Below, piece by piece: positions 52,801-64,000 of a stretch of 64,000 nt of DNA. Location of the stretch: NCBI GenBank assembly GCA_047967505.1, contig CM106538.1. The stretch is one strand, 5' to 3'. Origin of the DNA: Dipteris shenzhenensis. Taxonomy: Eukaryota. How positions within the stretch are numbered: the stretch's first letter is position 1; each line of letters starts with the position of its first letter. The notes beneath the pieces were generated by a model. That model was not told the DNA's origin, made no database searches, and worked only from the letters and a program-made list of their open reading frames with translations. The position numbers and the translations under genes are program-made.

Positions 52801-53450
52801 TAGACACTCATGATTAGAAACAAGCTCAGAAGATTTGGCACCACAGCCAAAACTCCCTAAACCTTGCTGCTTTCAAAAGATTTGGCCGCATGGCCAAATC
52901 TCCCTAGACCCTCCTAATTAGAAAGAATTTAGCAAGATTTGGCCGCACAGCCAAATCTCCCCAAACCTTAGTGCTTTGAAAAGATTTGCCTGCACGGCCA
53001 AATCTCCCCAAACCCTAATGCTTTGAAAAGATTTGGCCGCATGGCCAAATCTCCATAAACCCTCATGATTAGAGAAAAGCTAGCAAGATTTGGCCACACG
53101 ACCAAATCTCCTTAGACCCAGGTGATTTAAAAGAAGCTAGAAAGATTTGACCGATTTGAAAGAAGCTAGCAAGATTTGGCCACATGGCCAAATCTTCTTA
53201 GATCTAGTGATTTAAAAGAAGCTAGAAAGATTTGACCGATTTGAAAGAAGCTATCAAGATTTGGCTGCACGGCCAAATCTCTCCAGACCTAGTGCTTTGA
53301 AAGAAGCCCATAAGATCTGGCCACAAGGCTAATCTCCCCAAACTTTGGTGCTTTGAAAGAAGCCCATAAGATTTTGCCACACGTCCAAACCTCCCTTTCC
53401 GGTGCTCTAAAAGAAGCCCATAAGAAATCTCCCTAGACCCTGGTGCTTTC
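49820..53450. repeat. Tandem array with a homogeneous 104-bp unit (~18 copies, 50941-52800) and degenerate flanks; two AGATTTGG-N8-CCAAATCT palindromes per unit
   Basis: tagacc at 50941 and 51045 gives a period of 104. Each unit contains agatttgg-caccacag-ctaaatct and agatttgg-ccacacgg-ccaaatct. Confidence 0.97.
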
Positions 53451-53852
53451 TCAAATCTACCACTATGTTTGCTGTTAATTCTCGATTCTATTTCAGATAT
53501 GTTTATTGATAATGTGTTTTGTCTAACATCAAAGATTATAAAGATGATAGTTTGTATATTGCTTGGATTTTTTACAGGAAAGACACAAATGTGAAGAAGG
53601 TTGAGAAAGTTGTAAGTGGATTTGGAGAAAAAAGCATACCATGGTACTTTGACATATACAGTATTGAGGGAGCACAGTTGACATGAGTTCACTTATTTGT
53701 TTTGTTACCTAACAAAAGTGCATACACTTGTGTGGATCGGTACATCAAATCACAGAAGATGTGGTTGGAAAAGAGGGGATATTGGATTGTTAATCATTAT
53801 AAATCAAAATAAGAAATTTCTCTTGGATCCTAGTGATTATGAAGCATCTCAT

Positions 53853-56378
53853 ATGAAGTCTGATGTAGATGACAACATGCACTCAAGAGGCTGGATAAGT
53901 GTTGAATCAATTGATGGAAATGAAATTAACACAGTGACAACAATCATTGAATCATATCGCAAAGTTTCAGCAACATTAAAGAAGCGCAAGAGTGGGGAAG
54001 ATAGTGGGGAAGGAACAAAGAAAGGAAAGTTGACTATGGTTCAAGCACCAGGTGGTAGTGGAGAAGGGGCAAAGAAAGGAAAGCTCACTATAATTGATGT
54101 ACCACAGGAAGGAACACCTCCAGAGGGTATGCTAGCAGTTGTGGAAAGAAGCAGTGGTAGTGAATTGGAGCCAAGTGGAAAGGTCATAGGAAAAAAAGGG
54201 CAAAAGAGACCATCAGGCTTGGTGGAATATGAAAAATACCACCCATTCGGGTTGCATGCAACATTTCCAATTCCAGTTGCAAGATGTCAAAAAGCTCCTC
54301 CAAGCTATGTATATAGAGGGTTGAACAAAGAGCATGTGGAGAAGCTTGCTGTAGACTTCGGTTATAACTCTTGTAGCGGATTTAATGCCTTTCAATCCTG
54401 AAACAAAGCAGCCCCTAGAAAGGGTAGATAAAAAGGATTTAACCAAGTGCCACTATTGGATACTATCTGCACAACATTAAATATATGCTGCTAAAATATT
54501 CACATCTAATGATGATAACAGCACGGCCCAAAGAAAGAACTACTACTGCACCCGTCAGGCGAGGATTGTAGTGAATTGTCCCACACGCTTTTGTGTGGAG
54601 ATATCAAAGATGGCAAACCTGGAGTCTCAAAATATCTTGAGACAATCTCCATACATTGATATACTTAAGCAGGTGAGGGGACAATGGATTCTCTTTAACA
54701 AACCCAAGAAAGCACAACAAGGGCTTGCAAAAGGACATCCAAATCGTGAGAATTGGGATGTAAGTACATATTTTAATTATGAATCATTTTTTACAAGAAT
54801 GTTTTCTTAATTATTGCATTCTAATGGATTCATATATCTTGTAGGCTTTCATTGACACTGGCAAGGTAACATTGGGCAATAGCTTTGCCACGAAGGATGT
54901 ACATATGATAATTACAAGCGATGCCATGTATGATGGTTGGATCTCCATCCTTGAGGATTACATTGCAGGCAAATATTCACAAGATGGAAAATGCCATAGG
55001 CAACCCACAGTCTCAATGTTTAGATGCTTGCGTGGATTGAGTGATGATCAAATTGGTCAAATTCAAAATGATATTAAGGAAGGTAGAGTAGTCATAACTA
55101 AAACAAAGATTGATGCCATGATTCTTGATATTGAAGGACGAGCTATGCAAATCAAGAGAGATGCTGCACTACAAGAAGAACTTTATATGTTTATATCAGC
55201 AGAACGGCCTTCTTTAATGTTAAAAAATTGGGATGAGTGCAGATTACATTTTAAAATTACTCCAGAATTGTATCATCGGATTCGTGGTTGCTCTGATTCA
55301 TGGTTTCGTGGTTGCTCTGATTCATGGTTAAAACTGAAGCTTCAACAGGGCAAGGAAACTTCACCATTGCCTGATGCTGCAAAGGGGTATCTGAGGTGGA
55401 TTATGGGACAAAGTGAAGGTTCAAGTCATGGACCGAATTCCACCCGGCCTTGGAGGTTCTACACAGTCGGTTCAAACATGGAGGAACATGGAGGGAATGG
55501 AATTTATACATAATGTGTACCAAGAGCCAATGGCAATAGGAGTTGCTTTTTTGGATGTAATGTATGGACCAAGCAGAAGTAGAAATTGGAACGAGGATCG
55601 CTTTGAGTGTTTGTTGAAAAGCTTGATGACAATCGCTTCTCCCCCAGTGCAATTCCTTCTTATGGTGTTCTTGACTGTGGATCATGTATCATGTTTGAAG
55701 AATGCATTAAATAAGACATGCGAACAATATAAAATACACTTTGGTTGCCTTAATTTTGAAACTGCAGACATATTTGTCACTGGATCTATGGATGGCTTAA
55801 TTGCCTGTGTACTGGTAAGCAAGGAAAAGCATTTCAACAATATTGAGCGCTATACCAATGCATAATGTAAGCCATCAATATATGTTGCAGATGAAAAATA
55901 TGAAAAATCAAGTGGTGCAGAAGAATCAGGTGACAAGGATGATGATGACGAGGATGATGATGATGAATTTGACATTGAATTGTCCTTGAAAAGAAAACGT
56001 TCAAGTATCATGAAAGACATGATCATGGGTTTCTGTTGAGAAGATGAGTATGTATTGGACTTGTTCTCTGAGGGGCTTGCTGCAATAGAGTCTCTTTCTT
56101 GTAAAAGGCGTGTTGTTTCAATTGTTGAGACTTATGAGGAGTTGGCAAAGGTGGAAAGTATATGTTGCACGTATGCTTACAGTAATCATGAAATTCGACA
56201 ATGGGCTGGCTTGCAAGAACCAATATTGGCAATAGAGGGGGTACCAAAAGAAGATGATACAACTGAAGGTGGAGGGGATAAAGAAATTGACACCATACCA
56301 GGACAAAAAGAGCTTCAACCCTTCAATGAAGAGCAGCATGAGCATTTACAAAAATATGCTTCAAATTTTTGGAAATAG
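53853..56378 (+). pseudogene. Spliced, disrupted gene: ParB/DGQHR-like N-terminal domain fused to a beta-class N4/N6 DNA-methyltransferase-like domain
   Basis: ParB-like YRGLNKEHVEKLAVDF..ADLMP..YWILSAQH*IYAAK. Phase-0 GT-AG intron at 54760-54844. Motif-IV-like AFLDVMYG (55554) precedes the motif-X/I-like KRKRSSIMKDMIMGFC*EDEYVLDLFSEG..SCKRRVVSI (56040-56075). Lesions: frameshift at ~54370, stops at 54478, 55863 and 56037, and a 10-bp duplication at 55475-55494. Confidence 0.65.
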
Positions 56379-57138
56379 AAGAGGAAGCAACAGGCCCTTG
56401 AAGTTGTCCTTTTATATGGTGTTCATGTTTTCCATATATTGTCTTGCTATATTCTCCATATGATGTATTAATTTCGTTCCAAGGATCTTTTAATATTACT
56501 TGGAAATTTCTTCTATCTCATTGCCATAATTCAAACATGAACATATGTATTCTTGAATATGTTCGTGATGAATGAATTAGTGTAAATTGTTGTTTCTATC
56601 CTTATTCACTTCATATGAATGCTCAAATATGTTTTGGCTGCTTGGCCAAATCTTTTCTTAGTGGGAACACTTGGGCAATGCTAGATAATGTTGGACTCCA
56701 CTCTATCTATTATGCAAAGGTTTTTGGCATTGTAAGGATATGTAGTTTTGGGGATTAAAATAACTTGAAAGGGTATAGATTCAACAACTTTAGGGGGTAT
56801 ACTATGCATATGAACATGAATGCTTTCTTTTTTTAGTAATCCAATTTTGTTTTGAAAAAGAAAAACATGACTGCTTTCACTCAAACAAATTTCATTGAGA
56901 GCACACAACCTAAAGTTTGACAATTTGGTTTTCCAACTCAATCTTCAGTTTGTTTCTACTTATGAATTTCATTTCCTTGTTTATCAACAGATCTTGGCCA
57001 TCTCAATTTCACATCGCTAGAAGCATTGCCTGTATATGTGACACCTGATCCAATGATTCGTTATGTGCCTAATTTGAACATTAGCATGCAATTTCCAAGC
57101 TGAACATGGTTGATTGAAAATGTTGAGGATGTAATAAT

Positions 57139-58254
57139 GTGGATGCAAGCATAGAAGGTAAAGGAGAAGATGCAATGTCATTGTATGAAGCCAAGGTGCA
57201 GGAAGAAATCTTAGAAGGTAAAGGAGAAGACATAATATCACCCTCAGAAATAATATCAAAAGAGGTGATAACAAAAATAAGACTAGCAGTGATAATAGAT
57301 TTGAAAGAGTTATTGCTCGAGCGTTGTTTTTCGAAGTCAAACAAACATATGAGCTTGCACAATGGGAAGCATTGGCTTGTTCTCCATCCTAGGTGTTTAG
57401 AGTTTCTACAATGGTTGCTTGATCACTGCCATGTTGGCATTTGGTCCACTGGAGGAGAAAAGGGCATGGTGCAACACATGCTGGACACTTTGGAGCATCA
57501 TGTTAACAGAAAGTTACATTTCTTCATGGTTTGGGGTGCGATGGCATGCCACAAGCATACAAAGAGTAGAATCATTCGAGCAGATAGGATGAATGTGGAA
57601 GCGGAGTTTAAACCATTAATGAGAGTGTGGTGTTGTTTCAAAGAGGAATGCAAACCAGCAAGAATAGTGTTCATTGACGTTTCGCCTTACACGGGTTGTG
57701 TTAATCCAGCAGAAAATTGCATTTTCCCTACAAAATTTGATATAGATTATGGCGATTTTATTTTGCTTCATGAGTTATTGCCATACCTATAGATGCTAGA
57801 TGATGCAGTAGATGTGCACAGTGCCATCTCTTCTAACAGATTTGGTCAAGCTCCGATTATCGAAGGGCATGATATGTTCGATTATTTTCAACCAGTGATC
57901 CTTGAATTCAAAGAAAAAAACAAAGAAGTGCTTGAAAGGATGAATGTCGAATCTCATATGTCTACTCGTAGTTCAAAAAACGACATAGAGAAAGGTATTG
58001 CTTCACCTATAACCAAAACTAGAGTGAGAGGGACTTGTCCTACTACAAGAAGTATGGTGCATGCTCAACATGTTACATTGAATGAAGAGGAAGAATGCAT
58101 GCTAGGAAAAATTGCCAAAATGGGGCCGTTGAAAGATAGTGAGGCAAAACGCTTTGCTATGGTTCTTGGATGCAAGGAAAGGGGAATCACTGCTGATGCT
58201 GCAAGGGCATTCTTAGCCAACTTGATTCAATTTTATTGCATAGAGAACCCTTAG
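57139..58254 (+). pseudogene. NIF/FCP1-like HAD-family phosphatase (one in-frame stop at 57790-57792)
   Basis: LAVIIDLKELLL, HPRCLEFLQWLLDHCHVGIWST, FKPLMRVW and RIVFIDVSPYTGCVNPAEN match the plant NIF-domain pattern. The two ORFs are contiguous and in frame. Confidence 0.8.
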
Positions 58255-58339
58255 TGAATCTGGGTGATCTTGTTAATTAGAGTTACAGACACAAATGCTC
58301 AGCTAAAACATTTGTACCTAGATTCTGATTTTGGTGGGC

Positions 58340-59001
58340 TATCAAGAGGGATGTTTTGATGGAAGATGCAAGGCTCAACAGAGGTGGTTACAGTTTGTCT
58401 CGATGAACCCAATTGCAAAATATGGTGCAAAAACAATGACTCTTTTTTTAATGCCAAAGATATATTAGATCCATAGTGGTGGGAATATTGTACAGAGATA
58501 GATGTATAGATTAGATAGTCATGGCATGATCTTCTTGGATGTTTCTTTGAGGATAGGACTAAGTATGCCTCTGCTATTAAGGAATTCTCTATTTTTTGAA
58601 ATAGAGGGATTTTTTGCCTATCCAAGATTGAAATAATTAGATAAAGATATGTGAGCATGGACATGGTGGGAAGAGTATGGAGCATCCATGCCTCATCTGC
58701 AAGCCTTGGCCACATGAAGGTATTATCACAACCTTGTAGCAACTCGTGTAGTGAACGAAACTAGAGGAACTACAAGCTTATTCATTCTATCACAAGGAAG
58801 TGCTTGACATTAGAGAGATCAGAGAAGCTTGTATACCTCTGTGCAAATGGTAGAGTGTTGGACGATGTAAAAGGGGCATGCAGTGATAGTGATATGCCAA
58901 AGTGGGTACACACAGATCTTCCAGGTCGCTTGCATGATGCTCTTGTACTTACACATCTTGAACCAAATTCTAGCGACTCAGAAGAAGAGGTGGTGTCATG
59001 A
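58340..59001 (+). mobile_element. hAT transposase C-terminal dimerisation fragment
   Basis: MKVLSQPCSNSCSERN*RNYKLIHSITRKCLTLERSEKLVYLCAN matches KVLSQPCSSS.CERNWS.Y..IH.K.RNRL..ERAEKLVY. Confidence 0.8.
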
Positions 59002-60884
59002 TGTACATTGGTGTCATCGATTAATGCTGTAATTCATGTAAAATGCAAATGAGATATTACAATTCATCGTTCTTTCCAAGCATCGTTTAATGATGCAATT
59101 CATTTAAAACATAGCTAATGAGATGCTGCATTTCAATGTTATTTAACATCATCGTTTCAAGGAGAAACTCATTTATAATACAAAAAAAAGGTTGCAATTC
59201 ATTACTCTTTCACATCATGGTTTAATGATGCGATTCATTTATTATTCCTTACAATGCAACTCATGACTGGAGTGTTGTAATATTCATTTTGTTGTATGCT
59301 AGCCATTAATGAAGTTATAAATCTTTCCCAACACACTTTCTCCAGTAGTCAGTGGCATAACACAAAGAAAAAAGACATACTTAGGAGATTTCTACCTCAT
59401 GAAAGTGTAAAGGAAAGATTTATAACTTTACAAAAGGCTAATTTCATGTGTTACATGTGCATGGAAATCTTGCAGCTACTCAAACATTTTGTAAAACAAC
59501 ATCAGAGTGTACTTGTAAAGTGTAGTTTTAGTAACCATGCAAATTTACAATCAATCAATGTTTGACATTAAAAAGCGTAAGTATTGAGCAAACATGGCAA
59601 GAGCTTGTTGTCATATTTTATATGTTCAAAGTATACATGGTGAGACACGTTAAATTTGGGCAAAGTATACATTGTGAGCCACGTTGGATAGGAACAAAGT
59701 ATAGGGAGTGCTCATTTTGCAAAAACTATAGGTACGTTGGATGTAGCCAAAAAAATACAATGGCTGCCCATTTAGCAAAAATTACGTTTACATTGGATGT
59801 AGTCAAGTAACAAAAATCAATCCCATATAAAGATAAAGAACCAACAGAGTCATCATTTCATAGTGCTTTGTGGTAGTGTCAATTCACTACTCCACATGAA
59901 TAATTACGCCGTTGGTAATTGCTCAGCAACACGGTGAAAAGGTTGCATAGTAGGACGATCACCATGAGGGTAGTTAAGACACAGAGTAAAATCACCAACA
60001 TGGTTGTGGCTGAAAAGCGTCTGAAGAATACCTATTTGCAAGACTCAATGATTAAAATAGCATGTAACACATTCCTAGGATACTTCTCGTTTAAAATACA
60101 ATATTCAAAACTCAATTCTAGAAAAATAACACAAAACATACATGGGAATTTATTATAATTTCTTGCAACATCTCCAAAATCCATTAACGAAATTGATATA
60201 TGTCATTACAATATATGTCCAAAGTGCAACACCATATTTAAACTATATAGGACTTCCATCATGTTACAATCTCTGCAACAACCGAGGATCCGCTAAAAAT
60301 GTTGCTCCGATGCCAAGAACTACATACAATTGATAGGCATGAGGAGCATTACATGTTGGACATGAACTCCTAACCTTAAAGTATTTACCTAGCAAGCGAG
60401 GTGAAACCAATGGTGACATGGGAGAGCATAATAACCGGTTGCCATATCAAAACGACTTGGAATATAGGACACAAAGGTCCATCATCCACATAAGTATTAG
60501 GCACCGAAATGGTAGAGTGTTTTATGATAGTCAGGCCCACAAAATTTGGATCCAAGTTATGAACACGACCCCCTTCTTCAATATGCTGAAGTGGGGCATG
60601 TGCATCTTGTGCTTGTTGATAATATGTAGTTGAAATTGGCATTGCTCCTTGTAGGCATTTTTGATGTCTTTCCAGCATCCAGAATGTTGGAGCAACACAT
60701 TCATGCGATTCATTTCAGCAAGGATCCGTTCATTCTCACTCATAGCCTATCGATATTCAAACATAGCATCACAAACTATGATGTTGGGGAAAGTGAGATC
60801 TTCCCTTGTCGGATCTTGTATTGTTGGATCTGGGACCTTTGCACCGTCACTCCCCTTTGCACCCTCATCTCCCTCTAAACCTTC

Positions 60885-61217
60885 GTGCACATTCATAAAG
60901 AGTTAACTGAAAGTCACAGAAACTACACAATGCAAAACATGGCTAATGAGTACATGATCGTCGATAAAACAATTATTCACACAAATGGAACAAATTGGCA
61001 TGCACTTCAAGAGATATCACTTTGCTCACCTAAAGATGGGATTCCCATGTTTGTGAGTGGTGATGCTACCATGGGTATAACGGTTTCGGTGGTTGTCCTT
61101 GACTATGATGGTCATTTGCTGCATGTCCGAGGAGAAGAAGCGAAGTCTATAGGCATGTCCAGCATGAACTTTTGCAATAACATCTTTGCAAAGTATAGTG
61201 GCACGCACCCACTGTGA
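60885..61217 (+). other. Possible RPA70-C-like OB-fold fragment
   Basis: ITVSVVVLDYDGHLLHVRGEEAKSIGMSS resembles 'L.v.i.D.TG...F.e.Ae..G.sa'. The match is short and weak. Confidence 0.25.
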
Positions 61218-61486
61218 GGCTTCTCTGATTTGACCGTGCAATAAATGTAATATACATATCCCTCATAGCTCTATACTTGTAGCATTTGATGGTCCATCAT
61301 CCATGTGAGGGATCACTGCTTTCCCAAACTGATGCTACATCATCATTGGTGACCATGGTATTGATGCAGTCATGCTTCCAACCATGTGGATCATGGTAGA
61401 GTCTTGTATTGGCAATTGTGCGAGCCTCCTCTCTCCTTGTTGGTGGGAGGGTAGCATCATCCACATACATTATGTGTTTGTTTGAT

Positions 61487-61650
61487 GGCTACCTTGGCCC
61501 TTGCATTTTGATCTTGTGTGACTGGTATGTTGTTTGTGTTGAATGTTGTGCGATGAAGATGCCATGTGTGACTGGCTACCTTGGCCCTTGCATTTTGATC
61601 TTGTGTGACTGGTATGCTGTTTGTGTTGAACATTGCGATGAAGATGCCAT
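61487..61650. repeat. 87-bp tandem duplication
   Basis: ggctaccttggcccttgcattttgatc at 61487 and 61574. Confidence 0.95.
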
Positions 61651-62229
61651 GGTGAGAAAGAGCGAGTGAAGATCTTATAACCATGTCGATAACCAATGAG
61701 CAACATGGTTGAAATATTTAATTGTAAGATACTTATTCAAATTACAAGATGTGAAAATTTATCTAACTATTTTAATTTTGGATTGAGCATGTTTGATTAA
61801 ATTGAACAAGACGAGTAGCTTGAATTTTTAGTTGTTGCAGACTGCACATGCTAAATTTTCCATTGAGAAGTGAGATGCTTGTGCATGTTGAAGACAAAAA
61901 GAAATCATGCAAATTGTTATAATCGAGCATGAATCTATCTCAATCTGACAATACTTCCAAGAGTTGAAGACACATGTTAAAGGAAGTTCAATAATATATA
62001 TATGTACAATCTAAAGACACTACAAATTTAGAAATGAAAATTGTGGTCATATGGGTCAAGCTCAAAAAAGATGTAGCCTATGTTCAACAACACGTCTTCA
62101 TTTCCTCAATTGGTTGCATTGCCACATCCTCATTTACATTGAAACTATGTATTTTTGTCAAAACTACTTCCATGGTAGCTCGCTCTTTTGGATCATGCCT
62201 GCATAGCAAGTTCCCGCAATGAACCAAGA

Positions 62230-63556
62230 GTTAGATTGCAATGTCTCCCTTTATCGAGTTTAGCTCCTACAACATCTATGAGAAGGTTGGCAATTTCTCT
62301 AAATAGCCAACCAATAACAAAGCAATCTGACAATCTGGTGCCCATGCGCCCCTGGGATTTGGAATTCTAATCATTGTTCTGGCGCAAACCATGGAAATGC
62401 CTTTGAAGGAGCATGAACCAGGTCTTGTGGATACCTACTTTTAGTCCAGTGGAGTCTTTCCCGATCAATAATCACTTCTTGCATGGACTTGTGATCCCTT
62501 GTGAAATCCAACATGTAGTTGGTTGCTTGTAGGTCGGTGAGAGCATATCTGTATTTGTGGACTGCTCTCAAATAGCAGCAGCAATAGACAAAGCATGCTG
62601 ATAGAACAACCTGCGGCTTGCAACTTGATGAGCGGGGAGTTCCAGGCAAAGCGAGGTCCTTCTCTTGGATTTGTGGACGTAACCCATCTCACACATGCTC
62701 CACAATGCTGTGGGAGACACATTAGCATATCGTGCATAGTTCCTCCATTAAAAAATGGACTGACTACCCAAAGCTCTTGAGTGTGTGAGTACCCTAATCC
62801 CTGCCAAACACCTCTATGGACCATTGTCATTGCTAGCTCATTCTTTAGTGCTACATGAGTGTGGGCATCATCTCTATTACTCCTCTTGCCAGCATACCAC
62901 GATGTTGCTCTAAGACCTGGGACACCCACAACCTGTATCCAAAAACCTTTCCTTCTTCTCCCTTGCCCACCAGTTCATGCATGGTTAGCACTTGCAATGG
63001 AGAGTAGACTGTGTGAGAGCACATGTCGGCAAGTGTTGTACATAGTTGTATTTGTGCTCTCCCTCAACTTGGGCTGGATCAACATTTGCATCTGATCCAC
63101 TAGCCATCTTGGTCATATGGACTAGGGCACTGGCTGTTGCCTTTCCTATAGCCCCTTTCTCCTTTATGTTTTTTCTTCGAGTAAAACCCGCAATGCCTTC
63201 CATTTAGCTAACTAGAGTGCAAGCTTCTCCTCTCCATTATGACAAGCAAGGAGACATTGTTTGCCTTTCCATATATTTCCCACCATTGACCTATAGGGTG
63301 TGCCAATACTCGAGGGAAAATTTTCTCAACTATCAATTTAACGTTTGAACTTAACATTCGGCCACATCCTTGCTAGTTCATGTACAAAAGGTCAAATATA
63401 CGGATTTGCATTGGATCTCATAAATATTTTGACATCGCAATGGCCCAAATTTCTTCGTCACTCAATCCTACCAAGTTTTCAGCTCTCGTTCAACTGATGG
63501 ACAAGCATCCGAACCTCAGCCTTTAACTGGGCTGCTTTGTTCTCTTGTGTTGCCAT
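62230..63556 (-). pseudogene. Divergent Ser/Thr protein kinase pseudogene
   Basis: Subdomains in order: YAGKR (II), ALKNEL (III), HRGV, VVSPFFNGGTMHDML (V), YLRAVHKYRYALTDLQATNYML (VIb), VIID (VII), PWFAPE (VIII), LSDCFVIG (IX). There are frameshifts and stops. Confidence 0.75.
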
Positions 63557-63849
63557 CAAGGATAGGTGTGTAGTGATTTAATGCATGCAACAATCATTTT
63601 GTAAGCACTAAAACTACTTTAAAATAAACTACACATGAATTACATGACATGCAATGCTAATGTAAATTAAGCTACTCACAAATGACATGCAACACAATTG
63701 ATTGTCATGATGCAAAATAACTTTCATAGAAGTTTGATCCATTGAATAATAAAATACCAAATACGTTTTTCTTTTTAAATGTTAACATCCACAAAGTATA
63801 GTCACACCAAATGCACGGTAATCAGTGATTAGAGGTGATTAGGCTTCAT

Positions 63850-64000
63850 GATCTACTTCAATGGACAAGCTCAGGGAGTTTGATCCCCAAATACCCCAAG
63901 GCCAATGATTGCAGGCAACCTGCACATTCTGATCTACTTCAATGAAAATATCCAAGGAAGGAGTACAACACAAACTCAGGGAGTTTGATCCCCAAATACC
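63850..64000. repeat. Short direct repeats at the window edge
   Basis: gatctacttcaatg and ctcagggagtttgatccccaaatacc each occur twice. Confidence 0.85.

Noticed and set aside
49820-53450. CRISPR array
   Set aside because: The sequences between palindromes are near-identical rather than unique spacers, there are no cas genes, and the context is eukaryotic.
43810-64000. Terminal inverted repeats for the putative large element
   Set aside because: No convincing TIR pair or TSD found by eye; the right end may lie outside the window.

Overview
Eukaryotic, transposon-dense plant DNA. A non-seed plant such as a fern is my guess from the repeat types and (GA)n tracts; this is not established. The only clearly intact gene is an intronless SUVH5/6-type H3K9 methyltransferase (20548-23385, +). 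Around it lie decayed L1-type LINEs, Ty3/Gypsy and Ty1/Copia fragments, a foldback element, a BAH-like pseudogene, and an endonuclease-encoding Helitron (Helentron type, ~36700-41219). The most unusual part is ~43.9-63.6 kb. It holds a Sola1-like DDD transposase (-), then arrays built on the 24-bp palindrome AGATTTGG-N8-CCAAATCT (core: 104-bp unit, ~18 copies), then a spliced but disrupted gene joining a ParB/DGQHR-like N-terminal domain to a beta-class N4/N6 DNA-methyltransferase-like C-terminal domain. After that come a NIF/FCP1-type HAD phosphatase, a hAT dimerisation fragment and a divergent protein kinase. This may be a large cargo-carrying DNA transposon with a prokaryote-like 'ParB + palindrome array + amino-MTase' module. 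All domain calls come from motifs read by eye and need profile or structure searches.
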